A stretch of 64,000 bases of DNA from a virus. Lineage: Duplodnaviria; Caudoviricetes. Every line of letters starts with the position of its first letter. Position 1 is the stretch's first letter. The notes under the pieces were generated by a model, which did no database searches, had not been told where the DNA came from, and saw only the letters and a program-made list of their open reading frames with translations. Where the stretch lies: IMG/VR virus record IMGVR_UViG_3300009873_000018, positions 2,034 to 66,033 of that record; one strand, given 5' to 3'. Position numbers and translations under genes: made by a program. This document shows positions 54,306 through 63,705 of this stretch, one piece after another.

Positions 54306-56671
54306 GGATACCTAATGAGATCCCAGATGAAACGGAAGTAGTCGGGGTCGTCGACCCAGAACTTATGAGGGTCTCGCCACATCTGCTCGAGCCCCATCGA
54401 GATGATCTCGGTCGCCCCGTCGGGATATGTTTTTCCGGTATACGGGTTCTTGAACTTGTCCGGTCGCGCATACTCGTTTCTTCTGTAACCGAACCCGCGC
54501 TTGAGCTTGTTCAACGGCTGTGGCGTCTCGCCCTTCGTGCGTTCTTTCAAGAACGCTACCGCGCGCCGCTGCCACTCCGGCATCTGGTACTCGAGAGCGT
54601 GTCCGATCTCGTGTATCACCGTCCCGGCGTCGTCGCTCATCGCGATGCTGATGCTTCGGGTAGAATCGTTGTAGCTCGCTCGTCCGTGTATCGAACGATA
54701 ACGCACCGAGGCTTTCACGTTGGCAGGCAGCACATCGTTGAGAAATGCCTGCGCTTCTGTCACGACCGTGGACCGCACCGTGTCGGCTTTTCTAAGCTTC
54801 GCGGTATCGATGGCGATGCTCGGTGCCCCCGGCGTCGCGATCGCCGCGTGCAGCTCTGCCCGATATGCCTTACGCAACGAGTTGAAGGCTTCGCTTCGAG
54901 ACTCGTATTCTGCGTGTAGCGCCGTCAGTCTGTGTCTCGCCGCTTCGACCTTACTGCTCAACTCGTTGAGTCGTCTTGTCTCTATCGAAGTAAGAGGACG
55001 CTGTTCCAGCAATATCCACCTATCGGTGATCGGATGTTGCTCTGAAAGGTATGTCCTATAGTTCTCGAGTTCTTCACTCATCGCAGAGTACTCGTCGACC
55101 ACTGGCTTCAGGTTCTTGAGCCTCCAGTCTTCAAGCTCCGTCTCTGCCTTCTGCATCTGCGACAGGTTCGACTTAGCGGTGACTTCTAAGCGCGCCGAGA
55201 CTTCTTCTACGGTCGGCACGGGTCCGGTCACCTTCGGCGCGACGACGGCGGGGGACGGCGCGGCGGGCGCTTTCTGCGTCAACGCCTGGATGATCGGGTG
55301 CGCCTTGATGCGTTCTTTCCCGAGCTTCGGGTCGAACACGCCGTACCACTGAGCATTGCCGGAGATGTCGCCGCCCTTGATCTTGAACCCCAGCTCGGTG
55401 TTCATCTTTGCGATGATCTCGTCGCCCGACGCGCCCTGCACGCGGTACCACGCGATCACGTCGTGCTTCTTCGTGATCCCCGGCGGCGGCGCGGGGATCT
55501 GCGCGATCGGCACGGTGCCGACGAGCGGAGCCTCCGCGGACGCGGCCACGATCGACCCGAGCGTCGACGGCGGGGCCTGCACCGACCGAGCGCCGATCGT
55601 CTGCAACGCGGCCCGTGCGCCCGACGACGCCATCGCGGCCATGGCGTTCTCGGCCACGCGGGCGGCGTTCTCGAGCGCCGCTCTCGTCATCTCTTTCCCG
55701 GCAGGGCCGACGGAGTACTTCGGCTTGCGCAGGCGCGGAGGGTTCGGCTTCGGCTTCTTGTAGTCCTCGAGCCCGCGCGACACCGGCATCCGCTCGCAGC
55801 GGTCGAACGGGTGCGGGCTGACCGGGACCGCGCTGACCGGATAGATGCCTTTTCCCATCCCGTAGAAGTCCGTGTTCGCGAGCACGTCGCACGCGTCGGG
55901 CGTGACCTGCGTCCCGCGGTTCGGCGATAGCTCCCAGCGTACGGCCTTCACGAACGGGTCGGCCGCGAACGCCTGCAGCTCGGCCTCGGCGCGCGCGTTG
56001 TGTATCTCGCTGAACGCGATCCGGTCGGCATTGTAGAGCAGCTTCCGCGCCTCGCCGGTGCGGAGCGGGTCGTTCAGCAGCTTGTCGCCGATCTCCCCTG
56101 CGTCGCGGAACGCCCGCTGGAACGTCTCGCTCCCCTCGACGTACGGACGAAGCCGACGCGCGAGCTCGTCCGGGCCCATCCCCTCGATCAGGGCGGTCGT
56201 CACGATGCGCGTCGCGTCTGCCGCCGCGTCTGCGACGTAGCCGGTGAGCAGTGTCTTCCAGGTCCGGGCGCCGGTGCCGAGGCTCTCCCACACGCCGGCC
56301 ATCGTCAGGCCAGGCGCCTCGACGGCGCCGAGCAGGTGGTTCGGGACGCCGACCGAGTCGGCGACCATCCGGGTGGCTTCGTTGTGGATGTCGAGGATGT
56401 CCGAGAACGACGCGTCGCGCCCGGTGCGCACGACGTCTGAGAGCCTGACGTTGAGCAGCTCGGCTTCTCTCGTGATGACGGCGATGCTGCGCTTGATCGC
56501 TTCCCTGCGCGCCGCCATCGCCGCGGTGTCGGGGAGCTGACGCAGCTCCGCGGCGAGCTGCGCGGCATAGCGCTTGATCGCCGTCCCGATCTCTCGGAGC
56601 GACCGCTCGGAGAGCGCGCGCTCGGCCATCCTAGCTCTGAGCTGAGCCTCGATGTATGGCGTCGTGTCCAT
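54302..56671 (-). CDS. MuF/SPP1 gp7-like head morphogenesis protein with C-terminal metallopeptidase domain
   Basis: RIAFSE...VRWELS....DACD.LA...P.HP..RC; C-terminal VIHEIGHALE...EIISMGLE. Confidence 0.8.
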   Translation of the reverse strand: MDTTPYIEAQLRARMAERALSERSLREIGTAIKRYAAQLAAELRQLPDTAAMAARREAIKRSIAVITREAELLNVRLSDVVRTGRDASFSDILDIHNEATRMVADSVGVPNHLLGAVEAPGLTMAGVWESLGTGARTWKTLLTGYVADAAADATRIVTTALIEGMGPDELARRLRPYVEGSETFQRAFRDAGEIGDKLLNDPLRTGEARKLLYNADRIAFSEIHNARAEAELQAFAADPFVKAVRWELSPNRGTQVTPDACDVLANTDFYGMGKGIYPVSAVPVSPHPFDRCERMPVSRGLEDYKKPKPNPPRLRKPKYSVGPAGKEMTRAALENAARVAENAMAAMASSGARAALQTIGARSVQAPPSTLGSIVAASAEAPLVGTVPIAQIPAPPPGITKKHDVIAWYRVQGASGDEIIAKMNTELGFKIKGGDISGNAQWYGVFDPKLGKERIKAHPIIQALTQKAPAAPSPAVVAPKVTGPVPTVEEVSARLEVTAKSNLSQMQKAETELEDWRLKNLKPVVDEYSAMSEELENYRTYLSEQHPITDRWILLEQRPLTSIETRRLNELSSKVEAARHRLTALHAEYESRSEAFNSLRKAYRAELHAAIATPGAPSIAIDTAKLRKADTVRSTVVTEAQAFLNDVLPANVKASVRYRSIHGRASYNDSTRSISIAMSDDAGTVIHEIGHALEYQMPEWQRRAVAFLKERTKGETPQPLNKLKRGFGYRRNEYARPDKFKNPYTGKTYPDGATEIISMGLEQMWRDPHKFWVDDPDYFRFIWDLIRYP

Positions 56672-56735
56672 AGCAGAAGAGGGCGACGGCCGTAGGAAGC
56701 CGCCGCCCTCTCTCCGGACTCCGTGGAACTTAAGG

Positions 56736-57065
56736 TTACGCCGTGAACGCCTTCGTCGCCGATCCGCCGATGGCCGCGAGGATCGCCCCGACGAGCGCCG
56801 CCACGGACGAGACGGCCTGCGGAACGAAGTCGGCGAACTGCGGGCTGACGACCACCGCGATCAGCGAGAGCGCAAGCCCGATCCACGAGAGCGTACCGTT
56901 CTCCACGTCGACGATCGAGGCCGCGAACGCGGAGACGAGCGCGCCGACGAACGCGGCGACCATCGCGATCTCCGGGGAGACGATCCCCGCGAACGCCGGG
57001 GACGGCGCGGCCAGCACCGCGAGGACGGCGCCGACGACGCCGAGCCATGCCCATTTCTTACTCAT
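56736..57065 (-). CDS. small multi-pass membrane protein
   Basis: Almost fully hydrophobic 109 aa; AGGAG RBS. Confidence 0.7.
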   Translation of the reverse strand: MSKKWAWLGVVGAVLAVLAAPSPAFAGIVSPEIAMVAAFVGALVSAFAASIVDVENGTLSWIGLALSLIAVVVSPQFADFVPQAVSSVAALVGAILAAIGGSATKAFTA

Positions 57066-57129
57066 CGTACTTTCTCCTGGTGAGAGGTCGTATCAGCCGT
57101 AACCGTGAACTTACAACATCGTACCGCGA

Positions 57130-58893
57130 TTATCCAGGGGGAAAGTTCCCGCCCCCGGCGCGCGCCGTCTGAAGCGCGATCTGGCTCATCTGCTGCTCCT
57201 GCTGGTACTGCTGCGTCGCGATCGACTCGGACTCAGCCGCGAGGACGTCGAAGAGCTTCTGCTTCTCGCCTTCGGCCATCTCGACTTCTTCCTTCGAGTC
57301 GACGAGCCCGAGCGCGGCGACGAGCTTCATCGTCAGGCGGCTCTTCACGAGCGGCGGCATCGCCCCGAGGTCCGTGAGCGGCTTCAGGTACTTGTTGAGC
57401 AGGTAGCTGTCGACCGCCGTCTTGATCTCGTTGTCGTCGACCGGCAGCCCGTCCTGGTGCGCGGCGTCCTTCGCCATCTGGATCAGCGCGTCGCGCCCGA
57501 CGGGGATAGTCTCGGTCTCGCCGAGGTACCGCTTCCGCATCTGGTCGAGCACCGCGCCGAGGTCGATGCTGGAGAAGTCGTCGCTGCGCTCGACGCGCGC
57601 GATGCCCCACTTGTTCTTGCTCTCGCTGAACTCCGCCTGCTCGAGGCGGTAGAACGCGCCGTTCTCGGCGTCGTCGACGCCGGCCTTGAGCAGCTGGAGG
57701 AACGCGCCGACGCCGGACGCGACGTCCTGGTTGATCTCCGTCGCCGTCTTCTGCTGCGCCGAGGCGGCGTCGGCGTACATCTTGAATCCGCTGATCCAGA
57801 AGTGCTCGACCTTCTTATCCAGCACGTTCGTTGCGTTCGTCGTCGGCTCGCTCGGCGGCTGGATGTACTGGTGCGCCGACGACACGTTCTTCGAGAGCGG
57901 CAGCAGGTTCTCGCCCTGCGAGATGCGGCGCCGGAGCCCCTCGAACTGCTCGTCGGTCTCGACCGACAGCACCAGCTTGTTGAAGCCCGCGGTCCGCAGC
58001 CCGAAGTCCCGAACCGACTCCATGTTGTACAGGACCTTCATCTTGTTCGCGAGCAGCCAGGTGACGTACCGGCGCACCGGCAGGCAGACGCGAAAGATCG
58101 GGAGCGTCGGGTCGCCTTCGCGCGTCTGGTATGCGTAGAACCCTTCGTCGATCTGCTTCGGCGTGCCGTCGGACGTCTTCGTCCAGCGGGTCCAGCCTTC
58201 GTGTTCCCATCGTATCCAGGTGTCCTCGGACGCGGGGTCTTCCTCGAGCGTCTTCCGCAGGTCGCGGCCTTCCTTCATCAAGACCGACGTGATCCCGGTC
58301 GTCCCTTCGAGCCAGTTGGGGACGCACATCGGGTTGATGATCTTCACGACCGGCCGGCCGCTCGTCGTCGAGAACGTGTCGACGAGGACCCACACCTCGC
58401 AGTACGCGATCAGGTCGAGCGCGAGCTGGCGCCAGAGCGTCGGCCACATCGTGCCGCGCCCGTCCGCGTCGTGCCAGAGCATGAAAGCGAGCGTCGACGG
58501 GTCCGCGGGGTCGCCGAGGCCGACGACGCCGTCGTCGGCGGTCCACACGCGGGACGCGCGGTCCTCGACGCCGAAGAGCATCCCGCCCAGGCTGTCGACG
58601 AGCGTGCCGAGGTGCGGCGTGTAGTCCGTGAGCGCCAGCCGCTCGTCGAACGCCGCCAGCGGCTCCCCCTGGAACCGCCGTGCCAGGTACCGGCGCGCGA
58701 CGTCCTGGTTGACGACGAGCCCCTCGTAGAAGTCGCGCACCATCTGCCACCGCGGCTTCATCTCCTCGTAGTGCGGGTGCTCGTAGTCGAGCCAGCTCCG
58801 CTTCTTGTCCGCCCCCGTGATCGGGCCGGTCGCGGCCGCCTCGACGACGAAGCTCGTCGGCTGTCCTCCCGCGAGGTTAGAGTAGTCGGCCAT
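57130..58893 (-). CDS. portal protein
   Basis: Y..M..RW..VRD.YEG...YL.R N-terminus; ~587 aa upstream of MuF, scaffold and capsid. Confidence 0.8.
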   Translation of the reverse strand: MADYSNLAGGQPTSFVVEAAATGPITGADKKRSWLDYEHPHYEEMKPRWQMVRDFYEGLVVNQDVARRYLARRFQGEPLAAFDERLALTDYTPHLGTLVDSLGGMLFGVEDRASRVWTADDGVVGLGDPADPSTLAFMLWHDADGRGTMWPTLWRQLALDLIAYCEVWVLVDTFSTTSGRPVVKIINPMCVPNWLEGTTGITSVLMKEGRDLRKTLEEDPASEDTWIRWEHEGWTRWTKTSDGTPKQIDEGFYAYQTREGDPTLPIFRVCLPVRRYVTWLLANKMKVLYNMESVRDFGLRTAGFNKLVLSVETDEQFEGLRRRISQGENLLPLSKNVSSAHQYIQPPSEPTTNATNVLDKKVEHFWISGFKMYADAASAQQKTATEINQDVASGVGAFLQLLKAGVDDAENGAFYRLEQAEFSESKNKWGIARVERSDDFSSIDLGAVLDQMRKRYLGETETIPVGRDALIQMAKDAAHQDGLPVDDNEIKTAVDSYLLNKYLKPLTDLGAMPPLVKSRLTMKLVAALGLVDSKEEVEMAEGEKQKLFDVLAAESESIATQQYQQEQQMSQIALQTARAGGGNFPPG

Positions 58894-58897
58894 GGCG

Positions 58898-59245
58898 TTA
58901 GAGCCTCCTCGTCCGTCGGATGATGGCATCGAGGTATGCCGTCACGACCGTCCCCTCGATGACCTGAATCGCATACTGCGTGTCATACTGCGCCTGCCCG
59001 CCGCTGATCGCCGAGTCGACGTCGGCGCCGAGGATGTCGGCATAGTAGTGAGGCGCGCTCGTCAGCAACGACGCGTATGCCGTCGCCGTGTAGTTCATCG
59101 ACCCGATCGCGGCGGTCGCCGTCGGGCTCGCGGCGACGCGGACGATGATCGTGATCCCGCTCACGGCGGTCGCCTGCGCGTTCGCGTTCGGGCTCCAGAC
59201 GCTGAGGTCGATGCGCTTCGTGTTGTTCGGTACGAGTTCAATCAT
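58898..59245 (-). CDS. hypothetical virion protein
   Basis: Beta-rich 115 aa in structural operon. Confidence 0.6.
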   Translation of the reverse strand: MIELVPNNTKRIDLSVWSPNANAQATAVSGITIIVRVAASPTATAAIGSMNYTATAYASLLTSAPHYYADILGADVDSAISGGQAQYDTQYAIQVIEGTVVTAYLDAIIRRTRRL

Positions 59246-60725
59246 CGTTCACCCCCACGGTACGCAGCGCCATGGCGCGTGCCTTGATGTCGCGGCGCCA
59301 CAGGTCGCAGGCGCCGATCGTTTCTTTCTGGTAGCCTTCTGCTGCGAGTACTTCCTTCCACGCCTCGGACGCGACCTCGGCCCGCGTCCACTGCGACCGC
59401 ATCTGCCACACGCGCCTGACGTCGATCGAGGTCATCGTGCCGGTGCCAGCGCCTACGCCTACGACGAGCGTGATCGTCGTCCCTACGCCCGTGAACGACG
59501 ATGCGGTCCCGGCCGTTCCCGTCCCGGCGCCCACGCCGACCACGATGATCGGCGCGCCGTCCGACCCGACGAACTTCACCGAGCCGATCGCGGCCCCGAC
59601 CGAGACGACGAGCTCGGGCGCGCCGTCCGACCCGACGAACTTCTCGAGCCCGGTGCCGGGGCCCACCGTGACGACGAGCTCGGGAGCGCCATCCGACCCG
59701 ACGAACCGCAGCGTGCCGACCCCGCCCGCGCCCGAGTCGAACGCGATCGCGGGCGCGCCGTCCGACCCGACGAACTTCTCGACCCCGGTCCCCGGGGTCG
59801 TCGAGAGAACGACCGCCGGGGCACCGTCGGTCCCGACGAACTTCTCGAGCCCGACGCCGGGCGTGGTCGACAGCACGACCGCCGGGGCGCCGTCCGACCC
59901 GACGAACTTCAGCAGGCCGGTCCCGCCCGCGCCCGTGTCGACGATGACGAGCGGCGCCCCGTCCGACCCGACGAACTCGGCCATCGTGCCGACGCCGCCC
60001 GACGTCGTGATGATGACCGCGGGCGCGCCATCGGTCCCGACGAACTTCTCGATGCCGGTCCCGGGCGTCGTCGAGAGCACGATCACGGGCGCGCCGTCGG
60101 TCCCGACGAACTTCAGCAGGCCGGTACCCGCTCCCGCGGTGATCTGCGACGTCAGGTCGACCGCCGCGCCCGTCCCGACGAACGCCTTCATCGTGCCGGT
60201 CCCGGGCGTCGTCGTGATCTGCGCGGTGAGGTCCGGCGCGCCGTCGGCCCCGACGAACTTCAGCAGGCCGGTCGCGGGCGTCGTCGTGACGACGACCGCG
60301 GGCGCGCCGTCGGCCCCGACGAACTTCAGCAGGCCGGTCGCGGCCGACACGACGATCGTGACGTCGACCGCAGCTCCCGTGCCCGTGAACGATGAAGCGG
60401 TCGAGATCGTCCACTGCGGCACGACGCTGACCGTGTTGAGCAGCTGGCCGTCGGCGGTCAGCCAGAACTTCACGACGTCGTTGTTCGACAGCCCCGCGGT
60501 GTCGACGCAGAACTCATACTCTACATACTTACCGTCGCCTACGTCGTCCGAGACCTGGCTGACGTCGTCGGTGATGAACCCGGCCTCGAAGTCCGCACCG
60601 CTCGACTTCCCCGCGGGCGCGGTCAGGCGGGCGGTCGTCGCCGTCCCGCCACCAGCGGGGATGTGCGTCGACGCGGCCATCCGCACCTGGTGTGCGGTCG
60701 TCAGGCGGGCGACGCAGGCGAGCAT
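59238..60725 (-). CDS. virion surface protein with FVGxDGAP tandem repeats
   Basis: 14 units of ~22-24 aa (11 with FVGxDGAP); TGATG overlap at 60725. Confidence 0.75.
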   Translation of the reverse strand: MLACVARLTTAHQVRMAASTHIPAGGGTATTARLTAPAGKSSGADFEAGFITDDVSQVSDDVGDGKYVEYEFCVDTAGLSNNDVVKFWLTADGQLLNTVSVVPQWTISTASSFTGTGAAVDVTIVVSAATGLLKFVGADGAPAVVVTTTPATGLLKFVGADGAPDLTAQITTTPGTGTMKAFVGTGAAVDLTSQITAGAGTGLLKFVGTDGAPVIVLSTTPGTGIEKFVGTDGAPAVIITTSGGVGTMAEFVGSDGAPLVIVDTGAGGTGLLKFVGSDGAPAVVLSTTPGVGLEKFVGTDGAPAVVLSTTPGTGVEKFVGSDGAPAIAFDSGAGGVGTLRFVGSDGAPELVVTVGPGTGLEKFVGSDGAPELVVSVGAAIGSVKFVGSDGAPIIVVGVGAGTGTAGTASSFTGVGTTITLVVGVGAGTGTMTSIDVRRVWQMRSQWTRAEVASEAWKEVLAAEGYQKETIGACDLWRRDIKARAMALRTVGVNDD

Positions 60726-61087
60726 CAGGCTACCTGCCAGAGCGTGAACGGCAGCGCTCGGTCCGTGCCGGCAACTTTCTTGATCGTGATGTCCCACCCG
60801 TTGCCCAAGATCAGGCTCCCCCCGGGTGCGGGCAGCATGAGTATCGGCGACGGCAGCGGGCCGAAGATCGGCCACGACTCCACGAGCCGCCTCGTGCCGC
60901 CCGACGTCGGCCCGGCTTCGTATACCTGGATCAAGTACTCGTCGCCGGCCGCGAGCGCGTTGCCGTCGAGGGTCAACGCGTAGCAGCCCTTATCGGTCGC
61001 CGTGGCGGGCGTGGTGCTCGTCGTCGCGAAGCTGTACTCGCTCGTCCCGACCGTCGGGCTCGCCGACGTGAAAGCGCTGATCGCCAT
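60725..61087 (-). CDS. hypothetical virion protein
   Basis: MAISAFTS...; beta-rich. Confidence 0.65.
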   Translation of the reverse strand: MAISAFTSASPTVGTSEYSFATTSTTPATATDKGCYALTLDGNALAAGDEYLIQVYEAGPTSGGTRRLVESWPIFGPLPSPILMLPAPGGSLILGNGWDITIKKVAGTDRALPFTLWQVA

Positions 61088-61091
61088 GAGC

Positions 61092-61952
61092 TCACCCCAG
61101 TCCGGTGACGAGGAAGTCGTAGTTGCTGTCGGCGGTCGCCAATGTCGTCGAGCAGCGCACGTAGATGTTGACCCCCGAGGGGATGTCGCAGTAGAGGTCG
61201 TGGGCCGCGCTGGCCAGTCCGCACCACATAGCCTCGGTCGTCCCGGGCAGGCCCGCCGAAACATTCTCGGCGATGATCACCTTGTTGGAGGCGTCCCCGT
61301 AAGCCACGTCAAAGAAAATCTGCTGCGCGTTGGTGCTGGCGTCGTCGAGCTGGAACGTGGGCAGGCAGTACCGCCACCGGAACCCGGTGGTGCCGATCTG
61401 CACCCACGCGCCCTCGGCCCCGCTCGTGCCCGGCGTCACGGCCACGCCGCTGCTCCCGGCGACCGTGCCGAGCGTCTCGCTCTTGCGGAAGCTCCGGCCA
61501 GCCTCGGGGTGGCGCCCCTTGCCGTAGAAGATGGCACACACGCGCACCGTGCCGGCGGTGGCATTCTGACCCTGAACCCGGACGGCCACCTGCGAGCCCG
61601 CCGGAATAAACAGCGGGAGAAACATGTCCACGCCGCCCTGCGCCGCCGTCCCCGACCCGCCGCACTCGAGGTTGCTCACGATCGCCGTGTAGCTCGTGCC
61701 GCCGGCCGGGTCGACGCCGATGTCGAGCAGGTGCGGCTTGCTCGCCGTCGAGGTCGCCCCGCCCGTGATCCATAAGTACAGCCCGTGAACGTTCTCCGCG
61801 ATGTTCGCGGCCGACGCGATCTGCGTCCACGAACCCTCGGACCCGCTCGCGCCGGGCGTGACCGACGTGCCGGGCGTCGTGGACGGCCCGGACTGGTTGG
61901 TGTAGCGCCACTGAAAGTGGCTGCGCGGTGCGCCCAGCGTGATCAGGCTCAA
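61092..61952 (-). CDS. virion protein with internal duplication
   Basis: GTSVTPGASGSEGSWTQI and GVAVTPGTSGAEGAWVQI repeats; TTG start overlaps previous stop. Confidence 0.65.
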   Translation of the reverse strand: MSLITLGAPRSHFQWRYTNQSGPSTTPGTSVTPGASGSEGSWTQIASAANIAENVHGLYLWITGGATSTASKPHLLDIGVDPAGGTSYTAIVSNLECGGSGTAAQGGVDMFLPLFIPAGSQVAVRVQGQNATAGTVRVCAIFYGKGRHPEAGRSFRKSETLGTVAGSSGVAVTPGTSGAEGAWVQIGTTGFRWRYCLPTFQLDDASTNAQQIFFDVAYGDASNKVIIAENVSAGLPGTTEAMWCGLASAAHDLYCDIPSGVNIYVRCSTTLATADSNYDFLVTGLG

Positions 61953-62782
61953 TGGAGCGTCCTCTTCTGCGCGTCGTTGACGCTGTACTTCACGCCGATG
62001 ATCTTCTGCGCCGGGTTCCCGGTCGCGTTCAAGATGATCCGCAACCGGACCCGCGTCCCGTCTCTCGTGATCGGCGTGTCCTGTGCCGCGACGAACGTCG
62101 ACCCCGCCTCGTTGCCGTCGTCGTTCACGAAGCGGTATCCTTCCTGCTCGAGCGTGGCGTCGCTCGCCGGCTTCAGCACGAAGCCGACGATGCCCCACGC
62201 GTTCGACGCCGAGAGCGTGCAGACGACGTTCTGCGTCGCGGCCGTCGCCTGCACCATGTACTCGAACCGCGAGTCCGAGCCGTACGACGCGAGGTTCGTG
62301 AAGCCGGACCCGACGTCCGGCACCACGGCGTCGTTGCACCAGCCGACGAAGAGCGACCCGCTCGCGGCCGGCAGCATGGAGTTCGTCGTGCACGTCGTCC
62401 CGCTCGCCGCCTGGCCCGTGAGCCCCGACCCGTCCTGCGCGCTGGTCGTCGCTACGCCGGAGAACTCGGCGATGCCGAGCCGCCGGAACGTCATCGACGC
62501 GCTGAAGCTCGCCGTCACCGTCGCCGCGCCGCCCGCGACGCTCGCCTTGAACCACTGGTCGAGCCGCTCGCTGATGTTCGTCGCGTCGAACGTCACGCCC
62601 TGGCCGTACGTGTTCCCCGCCGAGTCGACGACCGACGAGACGGTCCCCGCGTTCGCGCACCCGACGGCGGCGACGGCGCAGTTGCCGGCCGTCAGGTTGC
62701 CGGGGAACGCCACGACGGCCGTCGCGCCCGACGCGTCGCTCGAGAACGACGCGACCTGCCCGCTCACGAACGCGATGGCCAC
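61949..62782 (-). CDS. virion fibre/decoration-like protein
   Basis: Ser/Thr/Ala-rich beta domain; C-terminal LEQEGYRFVNDDG. Confidence 0.7.
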   Translation of the reverse strand: MAIAFVSGQVASFSSDASGATAVVAFPGNLTAGNCAVAAVGCANAGTVSSVVDSAGNTYGQGVTFDATNISERLDQWFKASVAGGAATVTASFSASMTFRRLGIAEFSGVATTSAQDGSGLTGQAASGTTCTTNSMLPAASGSLFVGWCNDAVVPDVGSGFTNLASYGSDSRFEYMVQATAATQNVVCTLSASNAWGIVGFVLKPASDATLEQEGYRFVNDDGNEAGSTFVAAQDTPITRDGTRVRLRIILNATGNPAQKIIGVKYSVNDAQKRTLH

Positions 62783-62787
62783 GTGCC

Positions 62788-63144
62788 CTACTCGATCAGC
62801 AGCATCCCCCCGGCAGACGAGAACGCCGTGGGGTTGAAGATCGTCAGCCGCACCCGCAGGTTTCCCGCGACGGGGCGCGCGAACGTCAGCTCCCCGTCAC
62901 GGTAGGTCTGCGGGTTCCCGTCGCGGTCGATCCAGGTTCCCGGGTCGTACGGCGCCAGGCTGCCGAAGATCCAGCTCGCGCCGCCGTCGGTCGAGTACTC
63001 CGTGAGCACGCTCATGACTTCGACCTGCGCCGCGCCGTCGAACTCGTACCTCGCGCGCGTCCAGCTCGCAGGGACGACGACCGGACCGAGCACGGTCGTC
63101 CCGGCAGGAACGACGAATGCCCCGAAGGTGAACGTCGACGCCAT
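62788..63144 (-). CDS. hypothetical virion protein
   Basis: EYSTDGGASW Asp-box-like motif; TGATG start. Confidence 0.6.
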   Translation of the reverse strand: MASTFTFGAFVVPAGTTVLGPVVVPASWTRARYEFDGAAQVEVMSVLTEYSTDGGASWIFGSLAPYDPGTWIDRDGNPQTYRDGELTFARPVAGNLRVRLTIFNPTAFSSAGGMLLIE

Positions 63145-63232
63145 CAGCCGCCCCAGCGGGAGGTACATGTCCACGCCATCAGGAGCAGTAGTCGTCTCAC
63201 CGTCGTGTCTCCAAAGGAAAAGGGTTGATGGT

Positions 63233-63370
63233 TCAGTCTTCTCGGTCAAACCATCGGAGGACGAGCACGCCCTCTCGGATGACGGGCCGCAGCCACACCT
63301 TGTCGTCCGGCAGCGTGACGCGCAGTTCCTGCGGTCGGACGTTCAGGAGCCGCCGAAGCCATGATCTCAT
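63233..63370 (-). CDS. hypothetical protein
   Basis: 45-aa ORF with ATGA overlap. Confidence 0.45.
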   Translation of the reverse strand: MRSWLRRLLNVRPQELRVTLPDDKVWLRPVIREGVLVLRWFDRED

Positions 63371-63705
63371 CGTGCCTCGCCGGATACCGTCATGGTCGGC
63401 GTGCCGCTCGTGATCCGGCAGGCGACTTCGACGCCGGCCGCATCCTGGTCCCACACTTCGCCGTTCGCCCCGGTCGTCGCCCCGATTCCCGTGGCGCCGG
63501 GGTAGGCGAGACACGCCTGCCATGTCGTCGCCCCAGGCACGCGACGCTCGAAAGCATAGCCGCACGTCCCTTCGAGCTGCCAGACGACCTTCGAGTACTG
63601 CTCCGAAAACCGTACGCCGCTCGACATACCGCCCGGATGAAAGATGTAACGGTCTCCGTTGATGCATGCGGTCGGCACGCCAGGAGAGATGTCATGATCA
63701 GCCAC
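63367..63705 (-). CDS. hypothetical virion protein
   Basis: AGGAGG RBS before GTG 63705. Confidence 0.6.
   Translation of the reverse strand: MADHDISPGVPTACINGDRYIFHPGGMSSGVRFSEQYSKVVWQLEGTCGYAFERRVPGATTWQACLAYPGATGIGATTGANGEVWDQDAAGVEVACRITSGTPTMTVSGEAR

Noticed and set aside
59400-60420. Tandem 66-72-bp repeats as DGR template/variable region or CRISPR
   Set aside because: In-frame coding repeats with synonymous variation, no adenine-specific differences and no reverse transcriptase in the window
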